Origin: Haliotis cracherodii
Lineage: Eukaryota
Direction: 5' to 3'
Assembly (NCBI RefSeq): GCF_022045235.1
Contig: NW_027266284.1
Span: forward strand, 2,604,001 to 2,668,000
Length of the DNA stretch: 64,000 bases
Part shown: positions 13,501-26,432 of the stretch, piece after piece
How positions within the stretch are numbered: the first letter of the stretch is position 1
How the letters are laid out: each line of letters opens with the position of its first letter
Position numbers and translations under genes: made by a program
Notes under the pieces: generated by a model
Told to the model about the DNA's origin: nothing
Databases searched by the model: none
Seen by the model: only the letters and a program-made list of their open reading frames with translations

Positions 13501-16500
13501 TATCATTCAACACAAGTGAAGGGGGTTTACCTGCCTACATAAGACATATCATTCAACACAAGTGAAGGTGGTTTACCTGCCTACATGAGACATATCATTC
13601 AACACAAGTGAAGGGGGTTTACCTGCCTACATAAGACATGTCATTCAACACAAGTGAAGGGGGTTCACCTGCCTACATGAGACATATCATTCAACACAAG
13701 TGAAGGTGGTTTACCTTCCTACATAAGACATGTCATTCAACACAAGTGAAGGTGGTTTACCTTCCTACATAAGACATGTCATTCAACACAAGTGAAGGGG
13801 GTTTACCTGAAGTTGCTTGGTTCCCTCGGATGACGTCGAAGGGTGAAAAGGGTTTTCAGGATAATAAGAAATAACAGCAGATTTATCTGTAAGCAAATAT
13901 TTGATACTTATGAACTGTGATCTAGAACTCTACATGTAAATATTCGATAAGGTATCTTACTTAATGCTGGTTGTCGGCCCAAAATGGTACAGGTCTCAGA
14001 CTAAAGCACTAAAGGCGATACCCACAACTATTGGTATTGTGTTGGGATTCGAACCCACGATCATAGGTTTTTGGAACGCCAAGGGGACGCAAATATGCAT
14101 GTTGCGCCACTTAGTACGACTGGGCCGAGATTTCCCTCTCACTGATTATTAAAGTTCTTGGAGACCGGAATTACACGAAATACAAATACCAAGGGTTTGT
14201 TTCCTGTTATAAAGACGCGTTGGCTTATGAAAATGACACCGACAATAAAGTGAGTGAGTTTTCAGTCGGCGATTTAAATAGTATTTCAGTTGTATATCAC
14301 GGCGTGTCAGTTTGATGTGGGAGGAAAGCCCGAAGTGATGCTTGTCTCACAAAGTTTACCACTTTGGTGAAACCCACGGGTATGGTGGTGACAAACCTAT
14401 CGACAATAACAATAACAACATATGAAGAATTTTCAACAGAAAGATTTGTTTTCATTTGAAAAAAAGCAACCCATATTGTCATTGGTACTTGAGAATCATG
14501 GGAGTACGAAAAGACAATCAACATGTCGCATTGTCTCCCATTTAATCGCCTTTCGTACACATTTTAGATGGTTCAACATTGCGATAATGCGACATATAAC
14601 TTGTCCTGTTGTTGCCCTTTCGACCTCAGGTAAAAGTGTCGCGCGTTGTTGTGCCTTGGTTAATATTGTCACATTTATTCTTGGTTTTGTAAGGCGTAAG
14701 TAAGTCTTGTAAGTTGGGTCTTGAACATTACATAGTATTCACATTTGGGTGATAACAGAAGTATATCGTTCCGTTTCTGACTTTACGTGCATGTATCCTT
14801 TGAGTGAATATTTGAATAAATTGATCGGGATATTCTACGTTTTGACTTTTCTATACATGTCCAAAACCAAGTTCATTAACACATTTCTTAATAGACGATA
14901 TCCAGTTTACAATTCCGCGACTCTCCTACATCACCATCATATCATAACATTGTTTTGAATATCTATGGGAATGCATTTGTAATAGTCGCAACCAGTATTT
15001 CATCATTTTCTCCTGTGCATTTAACAATAGAGATAATCTACCTGTTTCAAAACAAACCATTGCATTTGGAGTGTTGATTTTAACTCCCAGTAGTCGGTTA
15101 CATGCATATATATGTACTCTCTCAATACAGTCTACCTTACCGTTCGCCTTTCTTACACATATTAGAAATGGTAACAATGCGATAACGCTACGTATATTAA
15201 CTTTGAAGAATGTCTAAGGGAAAAGTGTCGCGCATTGTCCTGCTTTGGTTAATACTGTCCTATTTCTTCTTGGTTTTGGAAGGGCGACAATGTCCGTTCT
15301 AGGATTACATAACACAGGGCAGCCATATGTACAGATCACCGAAGGCATTTAATTTTGAGTGAGTGAGTGAGTTGGGTTTAACGCCGCTTTTAACATTATT
15401 CCAGTTATAGCACGGCGTGCCAGCTTAATGTGGGAGGAAAGCCCGAAATGATGCAGGTCTCAGACGTTTACCACTCCGGTGAAACCCACGAGCACGGGTA
15501 TGGTGCTGACAAACCTAGAAACATAATCGGGGCGAACCGGGATTCGAACCCACAATCATAGGTTTCTGGCATGTCCAAGGGACGCAACTCTGCACAGCAA
15601 ATCGCGGCGCCTTAGACGACTGGGCCACCCATGGCCCCCGTTTAATTTTGAAAAAGCAAGTCCAACCGCTTTTATCCAGCACTGGTTAGTGATTTTTTTT
15701 GGGGGGGGGGGGGGGGAAGAGCGTCATTACTATTCAACAGGGCGACATGGATGTATGAAGAGAACTATCTCTGCTACATCTAACTTACCGCGATACAGAC
15801 TAACGATGGTCCGTAGACAACCCAGTCCAGACCTAGAGGGCTGGTGAGCCAACAGGGACTGAAACGGAAGACCTAACCATATGCAGATAAATACATTACA
15901 AGACACAATACATTTGTATATGCCGACTGTACAAAAAGAATTGATCGATTAATATCGATAGCTATTAATTATCCAAACTAAAACTGTACTTCAAAACAAA
16001 GAAAGTATTAATATATCACATGGCAGTATGTATGCCTTATGCCTGTAAGGGGGGGGGGGGGGGGGGGGCGGACACTCGCTAACACACCCTTCCACCCACA
16101 CGCTCACTCATTCACACAGTTAGTCTTACAATGCGGCCTGAACGTTTGTCCTACATTGCGTCCCATAGTCATGTCGTGCGTGTTTGACCACTGTCGGGAA
16201 CTGTTATCGTCTTACCTGTCTGCGTCCACCTGTGTTTTCAAGAAGACGTAGATTACGACTATCAGTATTGGTAACCCTGTAAAATAAAGTCGTGATTCAC
16301 TGTAGAAATCTTAACCTTTGTAATCAATACAAATATATTCGTTGGAGTTTTCTTGACAAACGTACTGCGTGAACATGTTTGACGGGTTATATGTATTCAT
16401 TAGGTTTGCTGCTTATGAAGACAGGGTACATGTATAGAGCGTTGACCACTAACTCATACTGTATTCCTATGTCTTGAAAGGAGAGGTCGATTTGCTGTTT

Positions 16501-19500
16501 GCAATGATATATACTGGTACCCCAGCCAAATGTATAGAACCCGATGACGGATGTAAGTTGCTGGAACGACCGAATCATTAGCCAGGTGAGGTAGAAGCTT
16601 TCACACAGCATCCAGAACACGGGACACATGTGAAACAGGAGATCAAGGACGTTGAGGACCCGACATCCCACCTGCAAATACAGGATACTGTCACAGGACA
16701 CTGAAGGCCCATAGACTTACACATGATACTAACAGAGACAGACACAGGACACTGACAGATATGCACAGGACACTGACAGACATACACAGGACACTGACAG
16801 ATATACACAGAACACTGACAGACATACACAGAACACTGACAGACATACACAGAACACTGACATATATACACAGGACACTGACAGACATACACAGGACACT
16901 GACAGACATACACAGGACACTGACAGACATACACAGGACACTGGCAGACATACACAGGACACTGACAGATATACATGGTTCACTGACAGACATACGCAGA
17001 ACACTGACAGATGTACACAGAACACTGACATATATACACAGGACACTGACAGACATACACAGGACACTGACATATATACACAGAACACTGACATATATAC
17101 ACAGAACACTGACATATATACACAGAACACTGACATATATACACAGAAAACTGACATATATACACAGGACACTGACAGACATACACAGGGCACTGACAGA
17201 TATACACAGGACACTGACAGATATACACAGAACACTGACATATATACACAGGACACTGACAGACATACACAGGACACTGACAGACATACACAGGACACTG
17301 ACAGACATACACAGGACACTGACAGACATACACAGGACACTGACAGACATACACAGAACACTGACAGACATACACAGGACACTGACAGACATACACAGGA
17401 CACTGACAGATATACACAGGACACTGACAGACATACACAGAACACTGACAGATATACACAGGACACTGACAGACATACACAGAACACTGACAGACATACA
17501 CAGGACACTGACAGATATACGCAGGACACTGACAGATATACACAGGACACTGACAGACATACACAGAACACTGACAGACATACACAGAACACTGACAGAC
17601 ATACACAGGACACTGACAGACATACACAGGACACTGACAGACATACACAGGACACTGACAGATATACGCAGGACACTGACAGATATACACAGGACACTGA
17701 CAGACATACACAGAACACTGACAGATATACACAGAACACTGACAGACATACACAGGACACTGACAGACATACACAGGACACTGACAGATATACGCAGGAC
17801 ACTGACAGATATACACAGGACACTGACAGATGTACACGGTTCACTGACCGATGTACACAGGACACTGACATATATACGCAGGACACTGACATATATACAC
17901 AGGACACTGACAGATGTACACGGTTCACTGACAGATATACGCAGGACACTGACAGACATACACCGGATCAGTGTTTACCTATATATGTGCCAACATCTAT
18001 GTATGTCAGGAACGTTCTATACCCTAACGGGGCAGTCATTACATTATGACTACGGTAGTTGCTGTAAAGAGTTGTTTCCCTTAGGCATGCAAGAACAGTA
18101 TCACTGTGAGTTCGGATTCAAACGATACCCTGATGATTATTCTTCGTTTGTCGTCGCAATACCCTGACGTTTTGGGAATGGGTCACACTTAACTTGTATG
18201 CGTCCTCTGGCGTTAAGCTGACACGGGACACAACTGAAATACAGTTCAAACACGACGTTCAACCCGGCGTTGACAGCCTAGAGTTGAGTCAGTGTCCAGA
18301 TAGAGCGAACTGTACAAGCGCATACATTCATCGGCTCACCTGATTGGTCTGCTGGAACGTCTTGCTCTGCTCTGTAAATAAGCTGTCGTAGTACACAAGC
18401 TTCTCCATCGGCATTGAGGTGATGGACTTCAGCAGCAGGGCCACACACAGGTTGGTGTGCAGCTTGATGTGGCGGTGGCAGCGCAGCAGTCTGCAATGGA
18501 TACATTGACTTGGAGTCAGGTTTCAGGATGGATCTCTACAGAACATCTTCAATTCGTGGCGTGGCATAGCATCCTCATTAGATACGATTGGTTACGTCAT
18601 GGTGAGACGTTTTGGGTAGTGTATGGTTATTGTGACGTGACCAGATCTGCCTAATGTGTCTAGTGCTACCCACGTTAACAACATCTAAGGGCATGTGCTT
18701 CACATTCTTTTTACGAAGCAATGTCCTCTGCTTTGTGTGGAGCGTCATAGTGACGTTATGTGCATGTTTTATAAACTGTCCAAAAGAAAGTATACCAAGA
18801 GTTTGAAAGACTATGAAATAAAAGCAAAATCATATTCTCAATATGAATCTATTTCATTTGAGCTGTGTATAACATGATATGTAAAGCTGACCGTGTTATC
18901 CAAACAAATCTTTACGCCTGGCAAACACAAATGGTTCACAATATCACGGTTCGACATGGCTTTAAAATCTCTGAAAGCACATTCAAAACCAACTTAATAC
19001 CGAGTGAGTCCACTTTGTGAATTAATGTACGCCTGAACACGAGTACGTTAAACGTCGGATGACGTTGGGGATAGTCCGCTGTCATTCCCTATGGAGACAT
19101 TGTTCCAGTTCTTGACGGTTGATTGGTGACGCTGGTCGTCTTCTGATCTGTCGGTTAAGGTGATCCTATAATTGATCGATTGGGTTCATATCATGAGAAC
19201 ATACCGGTTAGGGCGAAAAGTAAAATTACGCATGTGAGCCTTGCCGTATGCGATCTCGCATTTTCTTTCTGGAAGACAGTGCCACGTAGTTGTTGCTGAA
19301 TGAACACCCCTCAACCCAAGCCATAATGCTACCAATGGTTGAACGATTTGGCGCTAAACGTTCACCTGCTAGTTTGTATACTTGCTGCCGACCATCATGT
19401 ATGTACAAAGAAACACGCACTTGCCAACGTCGAACTCGTCTGGCCAATGTCATCCTGTGTTAACATCTCTCAGCGACGTGCTCTCTTACTCTCCTATACA

Positions 19501-22500
19501 GTGTCTGTCGACTGAGCCTGTGTTCCAGTAGCGTCCAAACGTGCATGCAATGGAGGCATGCATGCTCCTTTTTCGCCATACCAACGACCCTCTTACTCTG
19601 TGTAGCGGATAAACGTGGCGTAAGGTCTTGGTGCTGTTGGTTGAAGTATTCATGACGTGCCGTATCACCAGTTTTATAAAGTACTTTTGCACGTGCACTT
19701 CGGTCTACGTAGCCCAAAGTCGTTGTGGCAAAATGCACGACTTTCACAAATACTGTCAATTCTTCTTCTTGTTTTTTTGCCACCGAATAAATTTGGACGT
19801 ATTCGTGCGACATATTTAAGTCTTAATTTCTTAGGTTATCAAAATAGTTCACCTGTACACCATGAATATGGCTATTGCTCACCTGAATCCCGTGAATATG
19901 GCGATAGCGGGAATCAGAAACAGGATGCTGAGTGCGTCACACACGATGGCCACGATCTGGGTGGCGGTCTCCCCCTACAACAGAACGTCCAGTGGGACAG
20001 GTGCATGCACAGACTACAACAGAACGTCCAGTGGGACAGGTGCATGCACAGACAAGGAAGTTCATATTTCGTGTCATATTAAGGTCAAGTTCTATGCATG
20101 ACGAGAAGTCTTGTCACTCACATTAAGGTCAAGTTCTATGCATGACGAGAAGTCTTGTCACTCACCTAAAGGTCAAGCTATATGCAGGACGAGAAGTCTT
20201 GTCACTCACATTAAGGAGAAAGCTCTATACAGGTCGAGAAGTCTTGTCACTCACATTAAGGTCAAGCTCTATGCAGGACGAGAAGTCTTGTCACTAAGCT
20301 TAATGTCAAGCTCTATGCAGGACGAGAAGTCTTGTCACTCACATTAAGGTCAAGCTCTATGCATGACGAGAAGTCTTGTCACGCACCTAAAGGTCAAGCT
20401 CTATGCAGGACGAGAAGTCTTGTCACTCACATTAAGGAGAAAGCTCTATACAGGTCAAGAAGTCTTGTCACTCACATTAATGTCAAGCTCTATGCAGGAC
20501 GAGAAGTCTTGTCACTCACATTAAGGAGAAAGCTCTATACAGGTTGAGAAGTCTTGTCACTAAGCGTAATGTCAAGCTCTATGCAGGACGAGAAGTCTTG
20601 TCACTCAAATTAAGGAAAAAACTCTATACAGGACCAAAAGTCTTGTCACTAACCTATATGTCAAGTTCTATGCATGACGAGAAGTCTTGTCACACACATT
20701 AAGGTCAAGCTCTATGCAGGACGAGAAGTCTTGTCACTCACATTAAGGTCAAGCTCTATGCAGGATGAGTAGTCTTGTCACTCACATTAAGGTCAAGCTC
20801 TATGCAGGATGAGTAGTCTTGTCACTCACATTAAGGTCAAGCTCTATGCAGGATGAGAAGTCTTGTCACTCACATTAAGGTCAAGCTCTATGCAGGATGA
20901 GTAGTCTTGTCACTCACATTAAGGTCAAGCTATATGCAGGACGAGAAGTCTTGTCACTCACATTAAGGTCAAGCTCTATGCAGGATGAGTAGTCTTGTCA
21001 CTCACATTAAGGTCAAGCTCTATGCAGGTCGAGTAGTCTTGTCACTCACATTAAGGTCAAGCTCTATGCAGGACGAGAAGTCTTGTCACTCACATTAAGG
21101 TCAAGCTCTATGCAGGACGAGAAGTCTTGTCACTCACATTAATGTCAAGCTCTATGCAGGACGAGAAGTCTTGTCACTCACATTAAGGAGAAAGCTCTAT
21201 ACAGGTTGAGAAGTCTTGTCACTAAGCGTAATGTCAAGCTCTATGCAGGACGAGAAGTCTTGTCACTCAAATTAAGGAAAAAACTCTATACAGGACCAAA
21301 AGTCTTGTCACTAACCTATATGTCAAGTTCTATGCATGACGAGAAGTCTTGTCACACACATTAAGGTCAAGCTCTATGCAGGACGAGAAGTCTTGTCACT
21401 CACATTAAGGTCAAGCTCTATGCAGGATGAGTAGTCTTGTCACTCACATTAAGGTCAAGCTCTATGCAGGATGAGTAGTCTTGTCACTCACATTAAGGTC
21501 AAGCTCTATGCAGGATGAGAAGTCTTGTCACTCACATTAAGGTCAAGCTCTATGCAGGATGAGTAGTCTTGTCACTCACATTAAGGTCAAGCTATATGCA
21601 GGACGAGAAGTCTTGTCACTCACATTAAGGTCAAGCTCTATGCAGGATGAGTAGTCTTGTCACTCACATTAAGGTCAAGCTCTATGCAGGTCGAGTAGTC
21701 TTGTCACTCACATTAAGGTCAAGCTCTATGCAGGATGAGAAGTCTTGTCACTCACATTAAGGTCAAGCTCTATGCAGGACGAGAAGTCTTGTCACTCACA
21801 TTAAGGTCAAGCTCTATGCAGGATGAGTAGTCTTGTCACTCACATTAAGGTCAAGCTCTATGCAGGATGAGTAGTCTTGTCACTCACATTAAGGTCAAGC
21901 TCTATGCAGGACGAGAAGTCTTGTCACTCACATTAAGGTCAAGCTCTATGCAGGATGAGTAGTCTTGTCACTCACATTAAGGTCAAGCTCTATGCAGGAC
22001 GAGAAGTCTTGTCACTCACATTAAGGTCAAGCTCTATGCAGGATGAGTAGTCAGTCCACTCCGTGTTGCTCGCGGGTTTCCGCCACCAGGTGCCGTTAGA
22101 TGTGCACTTCCTGTGTGCTCGAGCTTTAACAAATTCCACTTTAGGTTATGTCGGGTATGTACATGTAGCCTTGGAATAGTTTATTTCGCCCCCCGGCAAC
22201 ATCCCTAATACTGTACTTATGATATATAAAGCCTTTCATACATAACTCAAAAGCTTTAATTACTCTCATGAAACCCTTCTTCGGTAAATGGGGCACTTGA
22301 TGGATCAGGCCCTACAATTCCCTTAGCAGAGCTGCATACCCAAGGCATGCTAGAAACGTGGGTTCGAATCCCAGATTCGCCCTGATTATGTTTCTAGGTT
22401 TGTCAGTACTTTATCCTTGCTTGTGGGTTTCACCAAAGTGGTAGTCGTCAACGACATGCATCATCTCATCGGGTTTCCCTACATCAAGCTTGAATATTGC

Positions 22501-23194
22501 CCAATGCAGCGATAAACTAAACTCATACAATCAGTGGGGTGTCAGGGCTGTTCAGATGTAGTGGTATAGAAACTCAATGAGCAGCAGTCCATACAGGTTT
22601 AAACAAAGATGGTTCAACGTCTTCAGCGGGTGAAGCAGTAGGAACTGCATTTCAGAATGTTAGGCATGTACGGCAGCCGAAGTCAGTGTGATAAACAGTC
22701 TTACACGTTATCTCAGTCTTGTGCTCACCTTCTGGTCTAGACGATGGTATGAAGTCAGGACATTTTATTTCCGCCGTAATCCCTGCAGGTGTCTCGGCAA
22801 CACATGACCAGCCGTCCCATGTCATAGGACAAAAGCTGCCATCTTGGACCTGGCGGGACTTCTGTTCTTGCTGACAGCATGCAGCGGCGTCACTGCAGCA
22901 GGACGTCCACCACGTGCAGTTAGTCGCCGACAACGTCGAACACACTATGCCCATGGCGTGGTGGTCGTCTGGGTGGGGCCGCACGGTCGATTCGGAGGAA
23001 GACTTGAGGCACAGACCTCCACATGACACGTTCAGTTTGCCACCCTCCAAAAATAAGTACCAATAGCATTCTACACATGAGTATATTGTGTACACGTAGA
23101 GAGGCTGGAGGCCGTCCCGGTTTCTGCACAGCATGGGGGGACTGACTGTATCAAGCTGCACCTCGGACAATGTGTACTGTCTCTCTAAGTTTAA
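10514..23194 (-). CDS. Class B1 (secretin family) calcitonin/CGRP-receptor-like GPCR: join(22729..23194,22020..22123,19883..19974,18340..18490,16521..16671,16216..16276,15789..15858,13807..13886,11653..11788,10890..10931,10514..10768); 5' boundary and start codon uncertain
   Basis: ECD motifs CPMTWDGWSC, CP, CTSNGTW, WTDYSSC; TM2 HTNL; TM3 WMLCESFYL; TM4 GWGLP; ECL2 CW; TM6 KATVILIPLFG; 42-bp TM7 exon GLLVALLFCFLNTE. All ten junctions are phase-compatible GT-AG with no internal stop. Confidence 0.9.
11795..13125. repeat. CA-rich minisatellite of about 30-35 bp (cacactgtacacaggcattcttcaacata) next to the GPCR TM6 exon acceptor
   Basis: Direct inspection; it explains the His/Thr/Cys-rich pseudo-ORFs. 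Confidence 0.95.
13160..13809. repeat. 46-bp minisatellite (about 14 copies) containing the GPCR ICL3-exon donor
   Basis: Unit ggggtttacctgcctacataagacatatcattcaacacaagtgaag; the minus strand carries AG|GTAAAC as at the real donor (13807). Confidence 0.9.
14750..15140 (-). mobile_element. Non-LTR retrotransposon (LINE) remnant, region C-terminal to reverse transcriptase
   Basis: IERVHIYACNRLLGVKINTPNAMVCFETGRLSL..KYWLRLLQM..RYSKQCY resembles the post-RT region of LINE ORF2. Confidence 0.65.
15359..15640 (-). mobile_element. Full-length tRNA-derived SINE (second family) with 11-bp TSD; related copies at about 14000-14130, 14250-14400, 22300-22530 (+) and 28345-28590
   Basis: Head GTGGCCCAGTCGTCTAAGGCG...GGTTCGAATCC, (actc)n tail; TSD tttaattttga at 15348-15358 and 15641-15651. 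Confidence 0.85.
16690..17965. repeat. 21-bp minisatellite (acacaggacactgacagacat), about 58 copies, abutting the GPCR TM3 exon acceptor
   Basis: Period 21; source of the HRTLTDI and VCQCPVY pseudo-ORFs. Confidence 0.95.
19050..19800 (-). mobile_element. Degenerate Tc1/mariner transposase remnant
   Basis: RLSRQTLYRRVRE, DGRQQVYKLAGER..GSIMAW and CSHDMNPIDQL*D resemble the Tc1 motifs ISRQTVxRRL, DGRxRVxRRxGE/GSVMVW and SPDLNPIEHLWD. Confidence 0.7.
20078..22052. repeat. 44-bp minisatellite (about 45 copies) made of the last 33 nt of a GPCR ECD exon plus its donor
   Basis: Minus-strand unit GACTACTCATCCTGCATAGAGCTTGACCTTAAT|GTGAGTGACAA. Confidence 0.95.
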
Positions 23195-23247
23195 CTGAAA
23201 TTGAATCATTGCTAACATTATAGAACGCGTAAAGAACGTGTTTTACT

Positions 23248-23940
23248 AAGTGTACAAGTAAATATCATATTTGGCGAAGTGTACAGGTAAATGTCATGTT
23301 TCGAGAGGTGTACAAGTAAATGTCATGTTTCACGAAGTGTACAGGTAAATGTCATGTTTCACGAGGTGTACAGGTAAATGTCATGTTTGACAAAGTGTAC
23401 AGGTAAATGTCATGTTTCACGAAGTGTACAGGTAAATGTCATGTTTCACGAGGTGTATAGGTAAATGTCATGTCTGATGAAGTGTACAGGTAAATGTCAT
23501 GTTTCACGAAGTGTACAGGTAAATGTCATGTTTCACGAAGTGTACAGGTAAATGTCATGTTTCACGAAGTGTACAGGTAAACGTCGTGTTTCACGAAGTG
23601 TACAGGTAAATGTTATGTTTCACGAAATTTACAGGTAAATGTTATGTTTAACGAAGTGTATCGTAAACGGCATGTTTCACGAAGTGTACAGGTAAATGTC
23701 ATGTTTGACGAAGTGTACAGGTAAATGTAATGTTTCACGAAGTGTACAGGTAAATGTCATGTTTGACGAAGTGTACAGGTAAATGTCATGTTTCACGAAG
23801 TGTACACGTAAATGACAGGGTTCATGAAGTGTACAAGTAAATGTCATCTTTCACGAAGTTGTGAAGTAAATGTCATGTTTCACGAAGTGTACAGGCAAAT
23901 GTCATGTTTCACTAAGTGTCCAGGTAAATGTCATGCTTCA
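23248..23940. repeat. 29-bp minisatellite (aagtgtacaggtaaatgtcatgtttcacg)
   Basis: Period 29, about 24 copies. Confidence 0.95.
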
Positions 23941-26020
23941 CGGGAACAGTAGATTCTATTTCAGTTTGTGAGCTTATAACTGACATTCCTAGCATCTGCC
24001 TGGTTTGGTAATGTTTAACTACATACGTACCAGAATACACATTGCCAATACAAGTGGAGGCATGCCCATTGCTGTAGTCTGTGTAGACCGTGTTCAGCTG
24101 GAACAGATTCACGCACATTGCTTATGATGTTATTGTAAAGTGATTAAATGAAAGGGTAGTTTGTTATCATTGCCCTTGTGCTAAATATGTTGATACAAAT
24201 GATAATTAAGAATTAAATATTAAACTCCATGGGCCGTATAAAAATCTTTGCTAATCAGGGATGATTCTAATGTTGTTCGGTCCCCGGATGTCATATAAGC
24301 TGTGGATACCTCAAAGAGTTGAGCGTCAGGACAAGTCGGCTCCACACGTCCGTTAGAAATACGTATACAAGAGCGCATGTCATAACAGTTTCTACAGCAT
24401 TTTATTTACAATGGATAAACTATTTTGGTAAATCGTTCAATGAATTTCAAGTCACTTCGGTTATCAAATCCGCGTCAAATCAATAATCGTTACCTCGAAC
24501 TCTCATCCATGTACATTTTGAAGGAAAACTGAAAAATCTGTCCTCAGAATAAGACAGACTGAATGTTCATTCCGAGCTGGCCTCGTTTTCATTTACAAAA
24601 GTATGAAACATAAAAGCCTTGTTTAGATTACCTATCTCCATTAGTTTTTCTCCAATTTCAAATTAATTTGAACTGCCTGCATACATTCTCCAAATACCAT
24701 TAGCAGTGAAATCCTGTCAGTTTGGATACCAGTCTCATATACATTACTCCACAACAGTTAGTCGTTAATCCGGGTGGTTTCACTTAGAACGAACATAGTT
24801 AAATCACATACTTTCGCTATGCATGAACATCTCTTTCAACGGAACGACCTCATTCAGCAGATGACATGTCAGCCCATGGGTATAGCACTGTATACTATAC
24901 CTAAGTAATAGGTGCCACCCGTTGGTATTGTATATAACTAAAACATTAATACCTTCCAAATAAAAACGTACATGCGACTTGCGTTGGCAAGAAGGTGATA
25001 TACTTACTTGAGCTGGTGGCGAGAGACACAGACGTCATCCCTACCCGAGGAGCGCTACCCTGTCTCCCACATCCTTCAGACCCACGGAAACTGTCATGGC
25101 CAGAAGCTACCTTCAATATATGAATACAAGGTCACGTGTGGCCCTGTCGTTCTACTCTGGGATCACTGCAGTTCACCTCCTGTTACAATTCCGTCACCGT
25201 TATCAGGCCTGTCACACATAAAGAGACGTGGATTATTTGTCCCCCGACACATAAGTAATTGATACGTAACGGTAGGTATGAACAACACACTGAACGACTA
25301 GGTTAGGTATGTAGTTATATCTGGGGACACGGCGCTCCCCTTGTAGATCCCTCCCAATACAGGGCGAACTGTAGCCTTCCGGTAGCTAGATGCCAGTCAC
25401 CCCCTTCTCTGTAACACTGTTGGAGCCTCTCTACATGAGGCACGGTTCAGGTGGAGCTGTCTACAGACGGCGGCCATTGATTAGATCTGTGGGTGTGTAA
25501 GCATTTCCATCTATAAAAGCCGCCATTAGTAATAGTAATTAGTGAACGCTCAAAGTGCCAAAATTATCTTGTACAGGTACCACATGACTGTCTGCCAATT
25601 GAACACTTAAAATAACATGCAAGGCCGAAATATGAAACGTCATAGCCAGAGAATAACAATCTCGATTATCTGCCGAAACAGATTCCAGTAGGCGTAAAAG
25701 GCAAACAAGTGATGAATAGTATATGAAGGGATTACTGAAAATCAGTGATGACATCAGGTGTTCGCGAAAAGGGTGGGCGTGTCCTGTCTGTTCTTGGTAA
25801 TGCTCTGAACGGAAGCGTTACATGTTTTGCCAGAAGCTGTGTGAACAACTTTCAAGAGCGAATTGCGTTTGCCGCTGACAGGTTAAAGAAATTTGAAATT
25901 TAATGTATGTGTTGATCTTAAACTTTATGTATATCAGCTCAGCCTTTTGGCGCCAAGGTAGGAAAAAGTCAATGTAATTAAAGAACCTCTGCATTCAAGT
26001 AATAATTGAGTTAGTGTGTT

Positions 26021-26432
26021 GGTCAACACAACTAGGTCAAGAGTACGTATTGTCAAGTAAGCATGCAGGTCAACACAACTAGGTCAAGAGTACGTATTGT
26101 CAAGTAAGCATGCAGGTCAACACAACTAGGTCAAGAGTACGTATTGTCAAGTAAGCATGCAGGTCAACACAACTAGGTCAAGAGTACGTATTGTCAAGTA
26201 AGCATGCAGGTCAACACAACGAGGTCAAGATTACGTATTGTCGAGTTAGCCCGTAGGTCAACACAACTGGGTCAAGAGTGGGTATCACCTAGTTAGCCTG
26301 TAGGTCAACGCAACTAGGTCAAGAGTACGTACTGTCGAGTTGTCATGTAGGTCAACACAACTAGGTCAAGAGTGGGTATCACCTAGTTAGCCTGTAGGTC
26401 AAAGCAACTAGGTCAAGTGTACGTATTGTCGA
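26021..26432. repeat. 47-bp minisatellite, about 9 copies
   Basis: Unit ggtcaacacaactaggtcaagagtacgtattgtcaagtaagcatgca. Confidence 0.95.

Noticed and set aside
14545-15290. Diverged direct repeat of about 150 bp around the LINE remnant, considered as LTRs
   Set aside because: No TG..CA ends, PBS or PPT seen; more likely an old local duplication.
16691-18167. ORFs of 285-468 aa on both strands (HRTLTDI, VCQCPVY)
   Set aside because: Stop-free frames of a 21-bp intronic minisatellite; not metallothionein- or keratin-like genes.
24490-25100. Candidate first coding exons of the GPCR (donors near 24495 and 25007)
   Set aside because: Neither joins the 23194 acceptor in frame with an ATG or encodes a signal peptide; possibly UTR exons, left uncalled.
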